Assembly (NCBI GenBank): GCA_040285825.1
Contig: JAUPSS010000002.1
Span: forward strand, 2,418,001-2,482,000
DNA from: Eukaryota sp. TZLM1-RC
Lineage: Eukaryota > Protista > Metamonada: BaSk clade
DNA length: 64,000 nucleotides
Reading direction: 5' to 3'
Positions 41,570-53,161 of the stretch are shown in pieces; position 1 is the first letter of the stretch, and each line of letters starts with the position of its first letter. A model generated the notes under the pieces. That model was not told the origin of the DNA. It ran no database searches and saw only the letters and a program-made list of their open reading frames with translations. The position numbers were made by a program, and so were the translations under genes.

Positions 41570-42367
41570 CTTTGTATATGTTTATGTTATAAATTTTTTG
41601 TTTTGTTATACTTTTGATTAGCCAAGTGCAAACTTATTGCAAGTCTGTTATATTCCGTAAGTTATTTATTGTCTTTTAGCTAACTTACTGACTACTTGCA
41701 TCAAAATTCTTGAAAGAAATCATTTTGGAAGAATGGACATATTCACCAAATAATAGAGATTCAATAAACTTGGAATAGTTTGGCTTTGAGTAACAGTGGT
41801 CGTAACTGATGGTTTTAGACAATTTTTTGTTTGAATTCTGGACAATTGACATCAATGCATTTGTAGTTGAATCTATTAATTTCAATGGTGATTCCTTGAA
41901 ACATTTCGAACCTTTGCACTTAGAAAAAATTTAAATATAAAATAAATAAAATATATATTTTCTGATTTCAAAGAACAATCCTTTTAGGTGTACAATAGTA
42001 TCCAACAATTTTGTATACATCAGTGTCCTATCATTCAATTGATGGGGCTTGTATAGGTAAATACTTTAGTTTAGGTTTGTTGTCTAGTTGTAAAATGTCT
42101 CTGTTTCCGGAAAAAAATTTATATCCTTTTAGGTGTGCAAATTTTTCATTGTGAAATGAATTTATGGAATTTCAAGTATCAAACAGTAATCTCTATCATT
42201 GAATAATTTTAATTTTGATGATAGAAATTGTGTTTGGGAGTGGAATAAGGGATTAATAATAAGTATTTTAGTGAAACAAAAATACAAACATAATGCAATT
42301 GTTTTCAGTACAATGTAAAAACTTAAAACAAAAATGTAAAACAAAAATTTATGAACAATCATAACCT

Positions 42368-44014
42368 CTAAATTAAAACCAACAACCCTAACAACAACAT
42401 TGCTACTCCAAAATCCAAACCAAACACATCCCCAGCTCTTACCTGTGCTGCTGTTGACTGAACTGGTGGCTGTTCAAACAATGTTAGCATGGGAAACTGT
42501 TCTTTTACTTCATCAGGGTCAAACGCAGTGAAAGAAATGCCAGAAATCCTCAATGTTGTGAGGTTTGGGTTCAACCTACCGATAGTTTGTGTAGCAGAAC
42601 CGGGAGCATGATGAAAGGCTTGTAAACACAATCCTAGCTCTGTTAAATTTGGACAGGACTTCAATAACGACATTGTAGAGGCAATATTGGATGATGCATA
42701 ATGAGAAGACTCACTAAACAATGTCAGAGATCTTAACGCTGGTCTGGGCTGGATATACCGCTCCTTCATTCCAAACACTCCTCCACGGACAATCAAAGAG
42801 TGAAGATTAAACCAATGATCATTTAAAGCGGGGATTAATTTCTTAAAGTAAAATGATTTGCCTCCAATTAATGTAAGATGCCTTAATTGAGTGGAGTTCT
42901 TGGCCAACTCCTTCAGTGATGACCTTGAAACATCATCAGGAAGATTGAACAATAGCTCCTTCAGAGTCTTCGGCAGAGAGGGGACTAGCTTCAACAATGA
43001 TGACTTGAACCGTGGGGTGTAAACTTCAAGAGTCTGAAGTTTAGTTTGAGCAAGATAAGCGCCCAAACTGGAAAAACTAGGTGTAAGTAACATTTCCGTT
43101 GGTAATCTGAATCTGTACATTGAAACATGGATGGCTTTGACATACTTGAGTGACGGGTGACGAGGAATGTTCTTTGTTGGGGTAGGATTCCCAGATAGTC
43201 TAAGAAAACAAGGTTTTGATGCCAAAATTTCACTAGTGTCGGCTGTCTTTATAGCATTTGAAAGCACATTGGAAGAAAATGAACAATTGGTGCGTGGTAA
43301 AGGTCTGTGTGCAGCATGAGGCTCATTGGGAATTGAACCAAGACCAAAGTCAACAAGAATCTTGGAGAATTCTGGGACTGCTGAAGACTGGCGTTGAAGT
43401 CTAACAAGCTTCAAACTTTTGGTATGGGATTCAAACAACCTCCAATTCACCAGATCTGGATTCATTTCATCAATCTCAAGAACCGAAAGGCATCGTAAAT
43501 GACCACCTTGAAATGCCGAAAAAGTCCATATGAACGCATTAGTTCCATGAATGCGCAATTCCCGTAAACAAAGCTTTTTACCTTCAAAATTAGTGTCTTC
43601 AAGATCACTTACATTGAACGTTATATTTCTGTCTCTTTCTGTCAAAATGTAATGAAGTTGACAAAAGAAGTTTATGTTAGCATCACAAAGAAGCCATCTC
43701 GGTGGAATACCTTGGGGTAAAATCATTGTTTTTACAGATTGGGAAATTTGGCTACACGCCTCAGAAAAATTCTCCAGAGTAAATTGAGGTGCTTGGTAAG
43801 CCAGATAAATAATCTCACACTTGGGAAACATACTGATGCAATCAGAAATTTCTTCTACGTTGGGTTTAAACATGTCCAGGTAAACAACATTAGACTGACG
43901 AAGGGCGATTAAAGTGAAGCGTCTCCATCGTTTCGAAACAAGTGCGTAACGTAATAAATTCTGTTGATGATGTCTGGAAAAAACTTCAAGAATGAGTTGA
44001 GAGTTGAGCTGCAT
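42368..44014 (-). CDS. F-box / LRR (RNI-like) protein with hydrophobic C-terminal tail
   Basis: N-terminal LNSQLILEVF...YALVSKRWRR F-box signature; LxxLxL repeats (CPNLTELGL, PNLTTLRI); ends FGVAMLLLGLLVLI. Confidence 0.8.
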   Translation of the reverse strand: MQLNSQLILEVFSRHHQQNLLRYALVSKRWRRFTLIALRQSNVVYLDMFKPNVEEISDCISMFPKCEIIYLAYQAPQFTLENFSEACSQISQSVKTMILPQGIPPRWLLCDANINFFCQLHYILTERDRNITFNVSDLEDTNFEGKKLCLRELRIHGTNAFIWTFSAFQGGHLRCLSVLEIDEMNPDLVNWRLFESHTKSLKLVRLQRQSSAVPEFSKILVDFGLGSIPNEPHAAHRPLPRTNCSFSSNVLSNAIKTADTSEILASKPCFLRLSGNPTPTKNIPRHPSLKYVKAIHVSMYRFRLPTEMLLTPSFSSLGAYLAQTKLQTLEVYTPRFKSSLLKLVPSLPKTLKELLFNLPDDVSRSSLKELAKNSTQLRHLTLIGGKSFYFKKLIPALNDHWFNLHSLIVRGGVFGMKERYIQPRPALRSLTLFSESSHYASSNIASTMSLLKSCPNLTELGLCLQAFHHAPGSATQTIGRLNPNLTTLRISGISFTAFDPDEVKEQFPMLTLFEQPPVQSTAAQVRAGDVFGLDFGVAMLLLGLLVLI

Positions 44015-44329
44015 AAGCGATGCAATGAAAGGGTGCTAACGAGTGTTGAGGTGAGCCAGAAGGACAGTTGAAGAAGAGAAAGCTGATTACTGATAGATAC
44101 CCACTCTTAGCATTTTGTACTGTTCAATGTTATTGCAATGATGATGCTGGTACCTTCAGTGCACGCAGAAAGCTTGGATCACTATTAAAAGGAACTAAAG
44201 ATAAAACTCAAATGAAATATTTTAAAAAACCGAAAAAGAAACCGAGAACCATACACTAGTGGTTCTGCCAACAGATCGAAGATGTCAGATGTTTTCAATG
44301 CTTCAAATGAAAAATTTATACTATCTTAT

Positions 44330-44710
44330 TTAGCACCATTACTCAGAGCTGAAGATGTCTAGTATGCTGAAAAGATGAATAATTTGAATACCCAAACACG
44401 CAATGCCTTCTCCTTAAATCCTTATTGTTTTCTCCTTATTCGTACCCTTGGAATAAATTTGCTTTATCTTTTCTGGGTGATTCTTCTGATATTGTTACCA
44501 ATAGAAATGCGAAATTCTTCATCGTTCTTTATGGCAAAATACAATTGTGTTTTCTGTTTTTAAGGAAATGTAGAGCATGGTTTCTACCTTTGTTATCACT
44601 TGGACTATGTTTTGAAGAAAAGGCTGTAGTTATGTGTTCGATTGCAGATGCAGAGTTTGAGGGAATTCATTTTTACTGTTTTGAACAAATTATCTTGAAA
44701 AACAATAAAA
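44330..44710 (+). mobile_element. 3' fragment of CRE-like RLE retrotransposon
   Basis: ALSFLGDSSDIVTNRN...EEKAV...DAEFE matches the 3' end of the copy at 52617-52847. Confidence 0.65.
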
Positions 44711-44939
44711 GATTTATTCCAAAAGTCTGAATTAGAGATATTAGTATTTATCGCAACAAATTTACCCATTATGACTGTCATGATGTGTCTGATGCATTTG
44801 TTTAAAATTCTGCATTAATGATGTTTGGAAGGCAATTGTAATGCCTTGTCGAAATCAATACTGATGACGCTTAAGTAATAACTCACTCTAATAATAATTC
44901 ACTTGCTCTTTAAATAGATTCCAAAAAAAGCAACAAAAA

Positions 44940-46990
44940 TGTTACCGTACCAATACGGAATTAATACCACTGATGGAGTTACTTCAGCAATTTTGCTACA
45001 GATGTTCTATTTCATCAAAATGAATCCAATGTTTGCATGTTGTCGGATTTTAGTAATGCATTCAATTCAATTCACCGGTGCAGTATTCATGGCACTTTGT
45101 TGAATTACTTGCCACAATTGTTGCCCTGTTTTCAAACAACATATTGCACAAATTCTGATTTGCATTTTGCTGATTAGACTTTGGAATCATCCAGTGGTGT
45201 TAAACAGGGAGATCCCTTAGGACCTATTGTGTTTTGTCTGGCCATTCATCCAATTTTATTACAAATTCAAGCAATATTCCTTCATTAAAAATGATTGCTT
45301 ATATGGATGATTTTGTTCTTATAGATGACTTAACGATTGTCATAGAAGCAAGTGTATGTTTTAAAGAATTGTTCAACAAAATTGGTTTTCGACTTAACTT
45401 AAATGTGTTCTACTTTCAAATTCCCCAATTTCAATGTCATTTGATGGTATTGAGATTAAAGCCAAATAATATTCAACTGGTACCATACATCATTTGGGTT
45501 CGTTTTTAGGAAAAAATGATGAAATTACCAAAGAATTTGGTGGAATCTAATTTTCGAGTAAATTTACAAAATGATGAAATTGGATGTACAGAAACTCATC
45601 AAATTCACCTCTATAAGACTCTGTTTCAATATCAACCTTAATAACATATTTCGATCTACAAATCCTGTTATGTTTATGCTTTTGGCTCGGAAGTTCAATG
45701 AATTACTTGCAAAAGTTTTGTCACAATTACTGAGGTGTAAAATGTACCAAATTCTTGACCATGCTTATCTTAGTCCACACTAAGGCGGTTTAGGTTGGAC
45801 AAAGGCCTCAATTCTTACTTCGTGTGCTCTTATCGGTGGATACAGAAATGCAACATTTGAGTTTTCTGAAAGGTTTGCAGATTGGGAAGATTTATTAATG
45901 ACAACGCAAAGTTTAACTGTTACTTCTTAAAATGAAGAAATTACAAAAATCGATGTTGAACAATGGAATCGATGCTTCCCCCAATCATTTAATGGAAATA
46001 TTACCGAAAAGAATTATTTAAATTTAAAATACACTGTTCGAACATTACAGAAACGACTGACTGGAATGTAGGAAAATGATCTTTATAAAAATAGGTGTAG
46101 GTCAACTTTTGTAAATAAAGATCTCCAGTCGTTCTTATTGGAAAAGGTGTTTGTGAAAATCAGTCATCAGATTCGTTACTGTTTGTAATTATTGTACCAC
46201 GAAGATTTGGACTGTGTGCTACTAATGAAGCGTTTGTAACAAAAATGAAATTATATTTGAATATCCCCATTAATCAATTATTATCAGAAGAAAAATGTAT
46301 TTGTTCGAATTCACCTCAGCTCACTTTGCGACATGCTCTGAATTGTTCGAAATTGATAACTTATCGTTCTTCATCAAATGAGACAGTTAGAGACACAGTT
46401 TTTAAAATGGCACGAACTGCAAGAGTTTCGTGTAATAAAGAGCCTCTGCTGAAGGAAACACTGTCATTGAATAGTTTTGGCTCTGATGATACAGGTGATG
46501 TATACTGTGATTGGATTGAGAACTCTGAAGCTGTTGTTGACTTTGTCTCATGTAATGTTGCAAATGACACCTTGGTTCAAAGAAGAAAATTTAATCCTGT
46601 AAGTGCTCTTGAATTTAAAGCTAAAGAAAAACATAGAAAATATGACAAAGACATCGAAGAAGCTAATGCTTATAGAAACAGACCACTTGTTTTTATTACT
46701 TTCGCATTTTCTATGAACGGAAGACTATCAGTAAAAGCGGAAACCTTTTTGAATGGTTTCCGAAAAATGGATCAAGAAAATACAATGAACAGTTGTGATA
46801 ACTTTTTATGGCGCTCTCGTATTCAATTTGTCATAATTAAAAGATTACCTTGGTTTTTCAATCGAATTAGAGAAGCTTTAGCGAGACAGCAAGCAGATCA
46901 AGATTCTGTAGAGGAAGTCTTGGTTCAATGAATTTCGTCCCATTAGTTCTGAGTTTGTTTGTTAAGTGTGGAAGATCAATAAAAAATAAC
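44940..46990 (+). mobile_element. Decayed CRE-like non-LTR retrotransposon (RT + zinc finger + RLE)
   Basis: QYGINTTDG, DFSNAFNSIHR, SSSGVKQGDPLGP, AYMDD, CICS...HALNC, GDVY...D...KEKHRKY; A-rich 3' end ~46978-46988. Confidence 0.9.
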
Positions 46991-47719
46991 TCGAATAATT
47001 GAATCAATTACAATTACTCATTATGACTTAAGAATTTAAAAAAGTAAAAATTGAAACAAATTGTAAATCTGCTGAACATATGCTTATCAAAATGATGTTA
47101 AAAAGATTTATGTCCCAAAAGTTTTTGTTAAAACAATTGAAGCTCTGGATCATGACAAAACATCAGACAGACTACATTTTTAACTCTTGTTTGTTAATCA
47201 TCTCAGTCATATTAAATTCTTTGAAATGACTCTTTTTATCATTATATTCATTTGTCCTTTTTGTTGAGCAAACTGAGAATGTTGACATTTTCCTTCCCAA
47301 TATCAATCTAGCACTTTTATTCTGAAAAGATCCCAAAAACAATTTATGAAACACTGTAACCCCTAAAAATCACAATTTGTTCCCAATTAGAAATTCTCTT
47401 TCTGGAAATTTATATTTTTGTCCTTGATTTTAGTTTCATTACTCGATCATTTAATGACAGTACCTACTCGCTACAACAAAGAAACAAACCTACCAAAGCC
47501 AATCAAACACACACACTACAGACATAAGGATATTGTTGAAAAGGAGGCTGAGATGTAAAGGGATCTTGACGCCAGCCAAAATATAACTTGACTGCAATAC
47601 CAAAGCAAAGTAAAACAAGTGTAAGCAAAGTGATGGTGTACGGCCATTGATGTTGTTTATTAAACAACCTGATTGGTTAATCACAAAATTATTCAAATTT
47701 TGAAGTCTTGCTAAACATA

Positions 47720-48009
47720 GAAGAATTGATTTGTGAACAAATATATGTATCAATTTCGACAACACTTCATCCCAATTTTGAAAGGATTCATTCTAACAAT
47801 GAAAGAGGTTCCGATGGTGCAGAAAACCAAGACCATAGAACAGGCATGAGATTTCTATTCGTCACGTGCCCCCAGACCATTATACCTTCAACAAGGTTCA
47901 TGAAGGTCAAAAAAGAAGGTATCAAGAAAATCTTCCACTACTCAAAAACTCAGTCCCTCTACATTGGTGTAAAAAGGACACTTATTCCATTGTTATAGAC
48001 ATCATCTGT
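47720..48009 (+). mobile_element. Heavily deleted Fanzor1-element remnant retaining the 3' end
   Basis: Homologous to 54517-54822 (TTCCGATGGTGCAGAAA, CATGAGAT.TCTATTCGTCACG, RPLYLQ); last 44 nt 43/44 identical to 54779-54822. Left boundary uncertain. Confidence 0.75.
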
Positions 48010-48013
48010 AAGA

Positions 48014-49495
48014 ATGCCAGAGGATGGTCTTCTGTTTGAAGAGTTTCGTCTTTATCGTCTAGATGCATCTCAAATACACTGTTCATTCAATCCCTCCACC
48101 ATTGCCCCTTTAATCTCTCTTCAACATCCCTCTCTTTCATCTAAAAAATCTTTACCGTCTATTAGTGAAATTCTCTTTGCTGATCCAAAACCATTGATTC
48201 GTGTTTCCAAGTCTCCTTACATGTTCTTCTTCATACCCTCTCCCAATAAAACTTCCTCTTCAGGGACCTCTTCTCATTCCACTACTATCTCGGTTTTCTC
48301 CCGTTTGGTGAGTCACAATTCTCATCTTTATTTTCCTACTTTTTTAACTTCGAATAAGTATGACTCTCTGTATCAGCAACTCTTAGATCATGTGTGTAAT
48401 CAGCAACTTGTTATTAATCCTCCTGCATTGGTTTCCTTTTTAAAAATGTTATCCACGTCATCACTTTCTGACCTTCCAAAAATAGAAACAGTCAATTTCA
48501 ATCAGATTCCTGTCGATTTCGTTCCTTTTTCTGATATGGTTGAGAGATTTTTTAATTTACCAACTCAATTTATATCATCTATTTTAATTAATTTATTGTT
48601 AGAACACCAAATAATTATTTCATCCTTCTGCCCATCAATAGTGACACGTTTCGTCTCTTTTTTGACCTTTGTAACAACACCATTTGATTGGAAACATTTG
48701 TTTGTTCCTCTATTGAGTCCATTCAACCTGGAACTTGTAAATTCTCCTTTTCCTTTTATAATTGGAGTTACTAGTGGTGTGTTGGCAAAACTGTCAAAAA
48801 CAATTGATTACGTGACGTGTAAACGTGTGATTTTGATTGATTTTGACAGTGGGTCAATTCGGTCTTTAAATGGGGATCAAGGTGAAAATTTAACGCCAAA
48901 TTTTGAGGGTTTGACAAGTGGAATAAAGAAGATTAAAAAATTTAAAGGTGATTTAATTGATGAATCGTCTGTTTATAAAATGAATTTATTGAAACAGATC
49001 TTTGAGGAATTTTTCAATAATTCAGTATTTGTAGAGCAGATCAGTGACACGTGTCATGATGACGTTTACACTATACCAGATTCTTCTTTTTGTTTCGATT
49101 ATCGCAAATTTTGTAGTATATCATATTTTCATTCCAAATTTTGGCATACTCAGTGCTTTCGCTGTTTTCTAGATGATTTTCTTTTAACATATGATTCAAA
49201 AAATAAGTCAAAGTATGTCAAATTTTCCAATGTGAGGGGAATTATTCGGGCCATTTCTGATAGGGTGAAAGTGTCAAAAACAGATTTTTTTGACCGTTCT
49301 AATCACACTGTGGATGATTTGATTGGTGATGTGTCCAGTGATGACGTCACAGGTTTAAAATCACCCATAACAATTCCAGACTTCTCTTCCTTTCATGACG
49401 AATGTAGACCACATGATTACCAATCAAATCTGACTGATGAACAGATTGATTGTAAACTACCGGATGTTGATTTTTTAGATGAACTTTTCAGTTAG
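48014..49495 (+). CDS. DENN domain protein (putative Rab GEF)
   Basis: cDENN signature LLLEHQIII...PFDWKHLFVPLL...VNSPFPFIIGV; dDENN-like FWHTQCFRCF. Confidence 0.85.
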   Translation: MPEDGLLFEEFRLYRLDASQIHCSFNPSTIAPLISLQHPSLSSKKSLPSISEILFADPKPLIRVSKSPYMFFFIPSPNKTSSSGTSSHSTTISVFSRLVSHNSHLYFPTFLTSNKYDSLYQQLLDHVCNQQLVINPPALVSFLKMLSTSSLSDLPKIETVNFNQIPVDFVPFSDMVERFFNLPTQFISSILINLLLEHQIIISSFCPSIVTRFVSFLTFVTTPFDWKHLFVPLLSPFNLELVNSPFPFIIGVTSGVLAKLSKTIDYVTCKRVILIDFDSGSIRSLNGDQGENLTPNFEGLTSGIKKIKKFKGDLIDESSVYKMNLLKQIFEEFFNNSVFVEQISDTCHDDVYTIPDSSFCFDYRKFCSISYFHSKFWHTQCFRCFLDDFLLTYDSKNKSKYVKFSNVRGIIRAISDRVKVSKTDFFDRSNHTVDDLIGDVSSDDVTGLKSPITIPDFSSFHDECRPHDYQSNLTDEQIDCKLPDVDFLDELFS

Positions 49496-49869
49496 CATTT
49501 GTCATAAATACAAATTCATTTTTCCCTATTCACTTTTTCATCTTGTGTCATTGCGCAATTTTTGCCTAAATAACTATAATATTCATTATCTGTAATCAGA
49601 AACTGTTGCACTGCTGCCATTATTACTGATTATTTTGTAGTTATACTATACATTCAGTTGTGATATTTGTGACGTAAAGTATTTTAGCAAAATTGCATCC
49701 AATTGAATACGGTTTGTTATACAATCTCCTGTCATGGGGAATATGGACCAATAAAACTACAAAAACATTCTTTGATGCAAGTCAACAATTAACAACATCA
49801 AATCAGAACATATCAGATGATATTCAATGAATTATGATGTCTTGCACAATTGTTTTTGATACATATTGT

Positions 49870-50990
49870 ATTCAAACAAAATTGTAAAAAACTAAAAATC
49901 AATCTCCTCAAACTCCACGTCTACTATTGAATACTTACCTACAGCATTTTCTTCATAAAATTTTCCTAGTGATAACAACGAGCTAGAAACAAGGCTATAC
50001 ATTCCCTTAAAAATAGAAAATACAATTCTGTTTTGCCAAAAGGTTCGGTCAAATATTCTTCCAGTTCTATTTTTGACAATAAATGAGAAATCGTCCAAAA
50101 AAGATAGCGCAGTTTTACCCAAGGTTCCAAATAAAGAAAAAGCAAAAGGACAAAGAAGCTATTGAGTATGTGAGTTGGAATTCGTATTATTGTTTTTTTC
50201 TGTGTACTTAATAATTTTCGCTTCTTCAGCTCTACGTAAAGGTGAATTATAAGATTGTGCCAGTTTTTCATTTGAGCTGTTTGATAAATCAGTAGATCTG
50301 ACATCAATAATGATCATTGATCCATCAAGACCAGGAACTAGCACATCACCACGGCTGTCACCAAAAGAATTTCTGTCAGATTCATCAGCCAAATTTGAAA
50401 GCAAAGGATCTAAAAAAGATTCGACCTTGTAGGACTTAAAAATACAATAAAGATGATCACGAACTGCATCATGCATTTTTGATCTAAAAGTAATAAAACG
50501 ATTACAATTAAATAAATGGGTTGGAGTGACAGTCTTTCCACATTTATAAATTAATCCATGAGGAAGATTGTCAGGCCAAATAAAAGATCGAAGACGCATA
50601 GATTATGAAAAGCAAGGGTCATTGAGAAACAAACCATAAATTCTTGGTACTTCATTAATTAAACAAGAGGCCGAACTATCACAAACATCCAGTAAAAAAT
50701 TTGCAAAAGCGGGATTTTTTTGCTTGGCCATGCCAAGACGTAAATCATAATCCAAGCCTTCAAATATTACTGTCAGTTTTTGTTGAAGCTTCTTCACACA
50801 ATACCTCAAATTAACTAAATTTCGTGGAGGAATCTCTTGAACTGAATCGGGAAAACATTGACACCAAATTTCTGGTACAATTATATTAATAGCAACATCA
50901 AGGTCATACAAATATTTTGAAAATGATGGACTAAGCAAATGAATATCTTCAGGGAAACGATTAAGAAATTCAAAAATAAAATTGTTTGCA
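49870..50990 (-). mobile_element. 5'-truncated CRE-like RLE retrotransposon copy
   Basis: YKCG...HLFNC, MHDAVRD, RGDVL..IIDV, KIIKY; near-identical inverted copy at 51905-52869. Confidence 0.85.
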
Positions 50991-51185
50991 CAAAATCATG
51001 GTCTATTTGTGTTCACATTTGAGTGTCTCTCAATCCATTAAATAACAGCGTGGATCTATTGTGTACAAGAATTCAGATTGAAAAGTAAAATTACAATTAT
51101 ACAAACATCTTCCAATTGCACCATGATCATCAATATATTTAGAAGGGTTTAGGATTGTTTAAAACATTAAAATAACTCATTGTAC

Positions 51186-51258
51186 GACCCTGTGGCGTAA
51201 TTGGAAGCGCGTTTGACTACGAATTAAAAGGTTGTGGGTTCGAGTCCTACCTGGGTCG
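51186..51258 (+). tRNA. tRNA-Arg (anticodon ACG)
   Basis: Cloverleaf: GACCCTG/CTGGGTC acceptor (one T-T mismatch), TTTGA-CTACGAA-TTAAA anticodon arm, GGTTCGAGTCC T-arm, followed by a T-run Pol III terminator. Confidence 0.9.
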
Positions 51259-51334
51259 TTTTTAGAACAGTGGATTTATTCAAAATATTTTGTATTTGTT
51301 TAGAAAATCCTCAATGAAAAGAAATAGTATTATC

Positions 51335-51845
51335 AAATACACAGCTAAAGCTCAACATTCTCAAAACATGCATCTCCCACATCGAAACTGTTAATTACTA
51401 CTAAAGATTCTGAAAATTTAACAAAAGAAGAAAGTGAATTAGAAAATATTTACACCATTCCCTTAAAGATAGAAAATACAATCATGTTGTGCCAGTAAAC
51501 ACGATTAAAAATTCTGCCAGTTTTTTCCTTTACCACTACACTGAAATCCTCAAGGAATGCCACGGCAGCCTTACGTAAAGAAACGAGCAAATAACACAAA
51601 GGGGTATAAAGTATATTGGACATGAGAATTTTCGTTGACAGAAGAAATAGGTTTCGCATATTTAGCATTTTTGTATCTTTTACCAGCAAGAAGAGTATTG
51701 TTGACATTTGAGTTAATGAAATGTTCGTTAGCAGAATTACAAGGGTCAATTGACATGGCATCTGAAATGGAAAAGCTTCCATATAAGCCGAGAACAACCA
51801 AATCACCTTTTGTCAGACCCATAGATGCTCTGTTGTAGCTATTGC
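51335..51845 (-). mobile_element. 3' fragment of CRE-like RLE retrotransposon (same subfamily as 3355-5175)
   Basis: YNRASMGLTKGDLVVLG...NEHFINS...AAVAFLEDFSVVVKEKTGRIFNRVYW matches 4650-5030. Confidence 0.85.
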
Positions 51846-51904
51846 TGTAGTTATTTTTAATAGAATTGCTACAAAGGCTTGAAAATTTTTGTCGCCAATG
51901 CAAT

Positions 51905-52883
51905 GATTCCTCCACGAAATTTAGTTAATTTAAGGTATTGTGTGAAGAAGCTTCAACAAAAACTGACAGTAATAATTGAAGGCTTGGATTATGATTTACG
52001 TCTTGGCATGGCCAAGCAAAAAAATCCCGCTTTTGCAAATTTTTTACTGGATGTTTGTGATAGTTCTGCCTCTTGTTTAATTAATGAAGTACCAAGAATT
52101 TATGGTTTGTTTCTCAATGACCCTTGCTTTTCATAATCTATGCGTCTTCGATCTTTTATTTGGCCTGACAATCTTCCTCATGGATTAATTTATAAATGTG
52201 GAAAGACTGTCACTCCAACCCATTTATTTAATTGTAATCGTTTTATTACTTTTAGATCAAAAATGCATGATGCAGTTCGTGATCATCTTTATTGTATTTT
52301 TAAGTCCTACAAGGTCGAACCTTTTTTAGATCCTTTGCTTTCAAATTTGGCTGATGAATCTGACAGAAATTCTTTTGGTGACAGCCGTGGTGATGTGCTA
52401 GTTCCTGGACTTGATGGATCAATGAGCATTATTGATTTCAGATCTACTGATTTATCAAACAGCTCAAATGAAAAACTGGCACAATCTTATAATTCACCTT
52501 TACGTAGAGCTGAAGAAGCGAAAATTGTTAAGTACACAGAAAAAATCAATAATATGAATTACAACTCACATACTCAATAGCTTTTTTGTCCTTTTGCTTT
52601 ATCTTTATTTGGAACCTTGGGTAAAACTGCGTTATCTTTTTTGGACGATTTCTCATCTATTGTCAAAAATAGAACTGGAAGAATATTTGACCGAACCTTT
52701 TGGCAAAACAGACTTGTATTTTCTATTTTTAAGGGAATGTATAGCCTTGTTTCTAGCTCGTTGTTATCACTAGGAAAATTTTATGAAGAAAATGCTGTAG
52801 GTAAGTATTCAATAGTAGACGTGGAGTTTGAGGAGATTGATTTTTAGTTTTTTACAATTTTGTTTGAATGAAATAAAAAAAAA
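51905..52883 (+). mobile_element. 5'-truncated CRE-like RLE retrotransposon copy with A-rich tail
   Basis: Inverted near-duplicate of 49870-50834; ends GAAATAAAAAAAAA at 52870-52883. Confidence 0.85.
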
Positions 52884-52946
52884 TTTGAAAAAATCATCAA
52901 ATTCTAGTGTAATTGATTCAAGACAAATTTGCATTGAATAGGTATT

Positions 52947-53017
52947 TGCGTCAGCCGGGAATCGAACCCGGGTCATCTGCTTGGAAGGCAGGCATACTAC
53001 CACTGTACTACTAACGC
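52947..53017 (-). tRNA. tRNA-Gly (anticodon TCC)
   Basis: Minus strand GCGTTAG TAGTACAGTGGTAGTATG CCTGC CTTCCAA GCAGA TGAC CCGGGTTCGATTCCCGG CTGACGC A. Confidence 0.92.
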
Positions 53018-53161
53018 TGACCAAAAAAATTGCAGGCATATTTATTGGCTGTTCATCATTAGATAAACCAAGCTTGATAAAAATACAGAGACAGGAGTAA
53101 AAACTTTTCATGATGCCAATGAAACCAATAAGATTACTGTCATGTAAATGATAAAGTAGTA

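Noticed and set aside
52134-52580. In-frame TAA/TAG shared by two retrocopies suggesting stop-codon reassignment
   Set aside because: Host genes end in TAG and TGA, 32 kb of coding sequence has no in-frame TAA/TAG, and the homologous positions are Leu/Tyr-like, so these are mutations.
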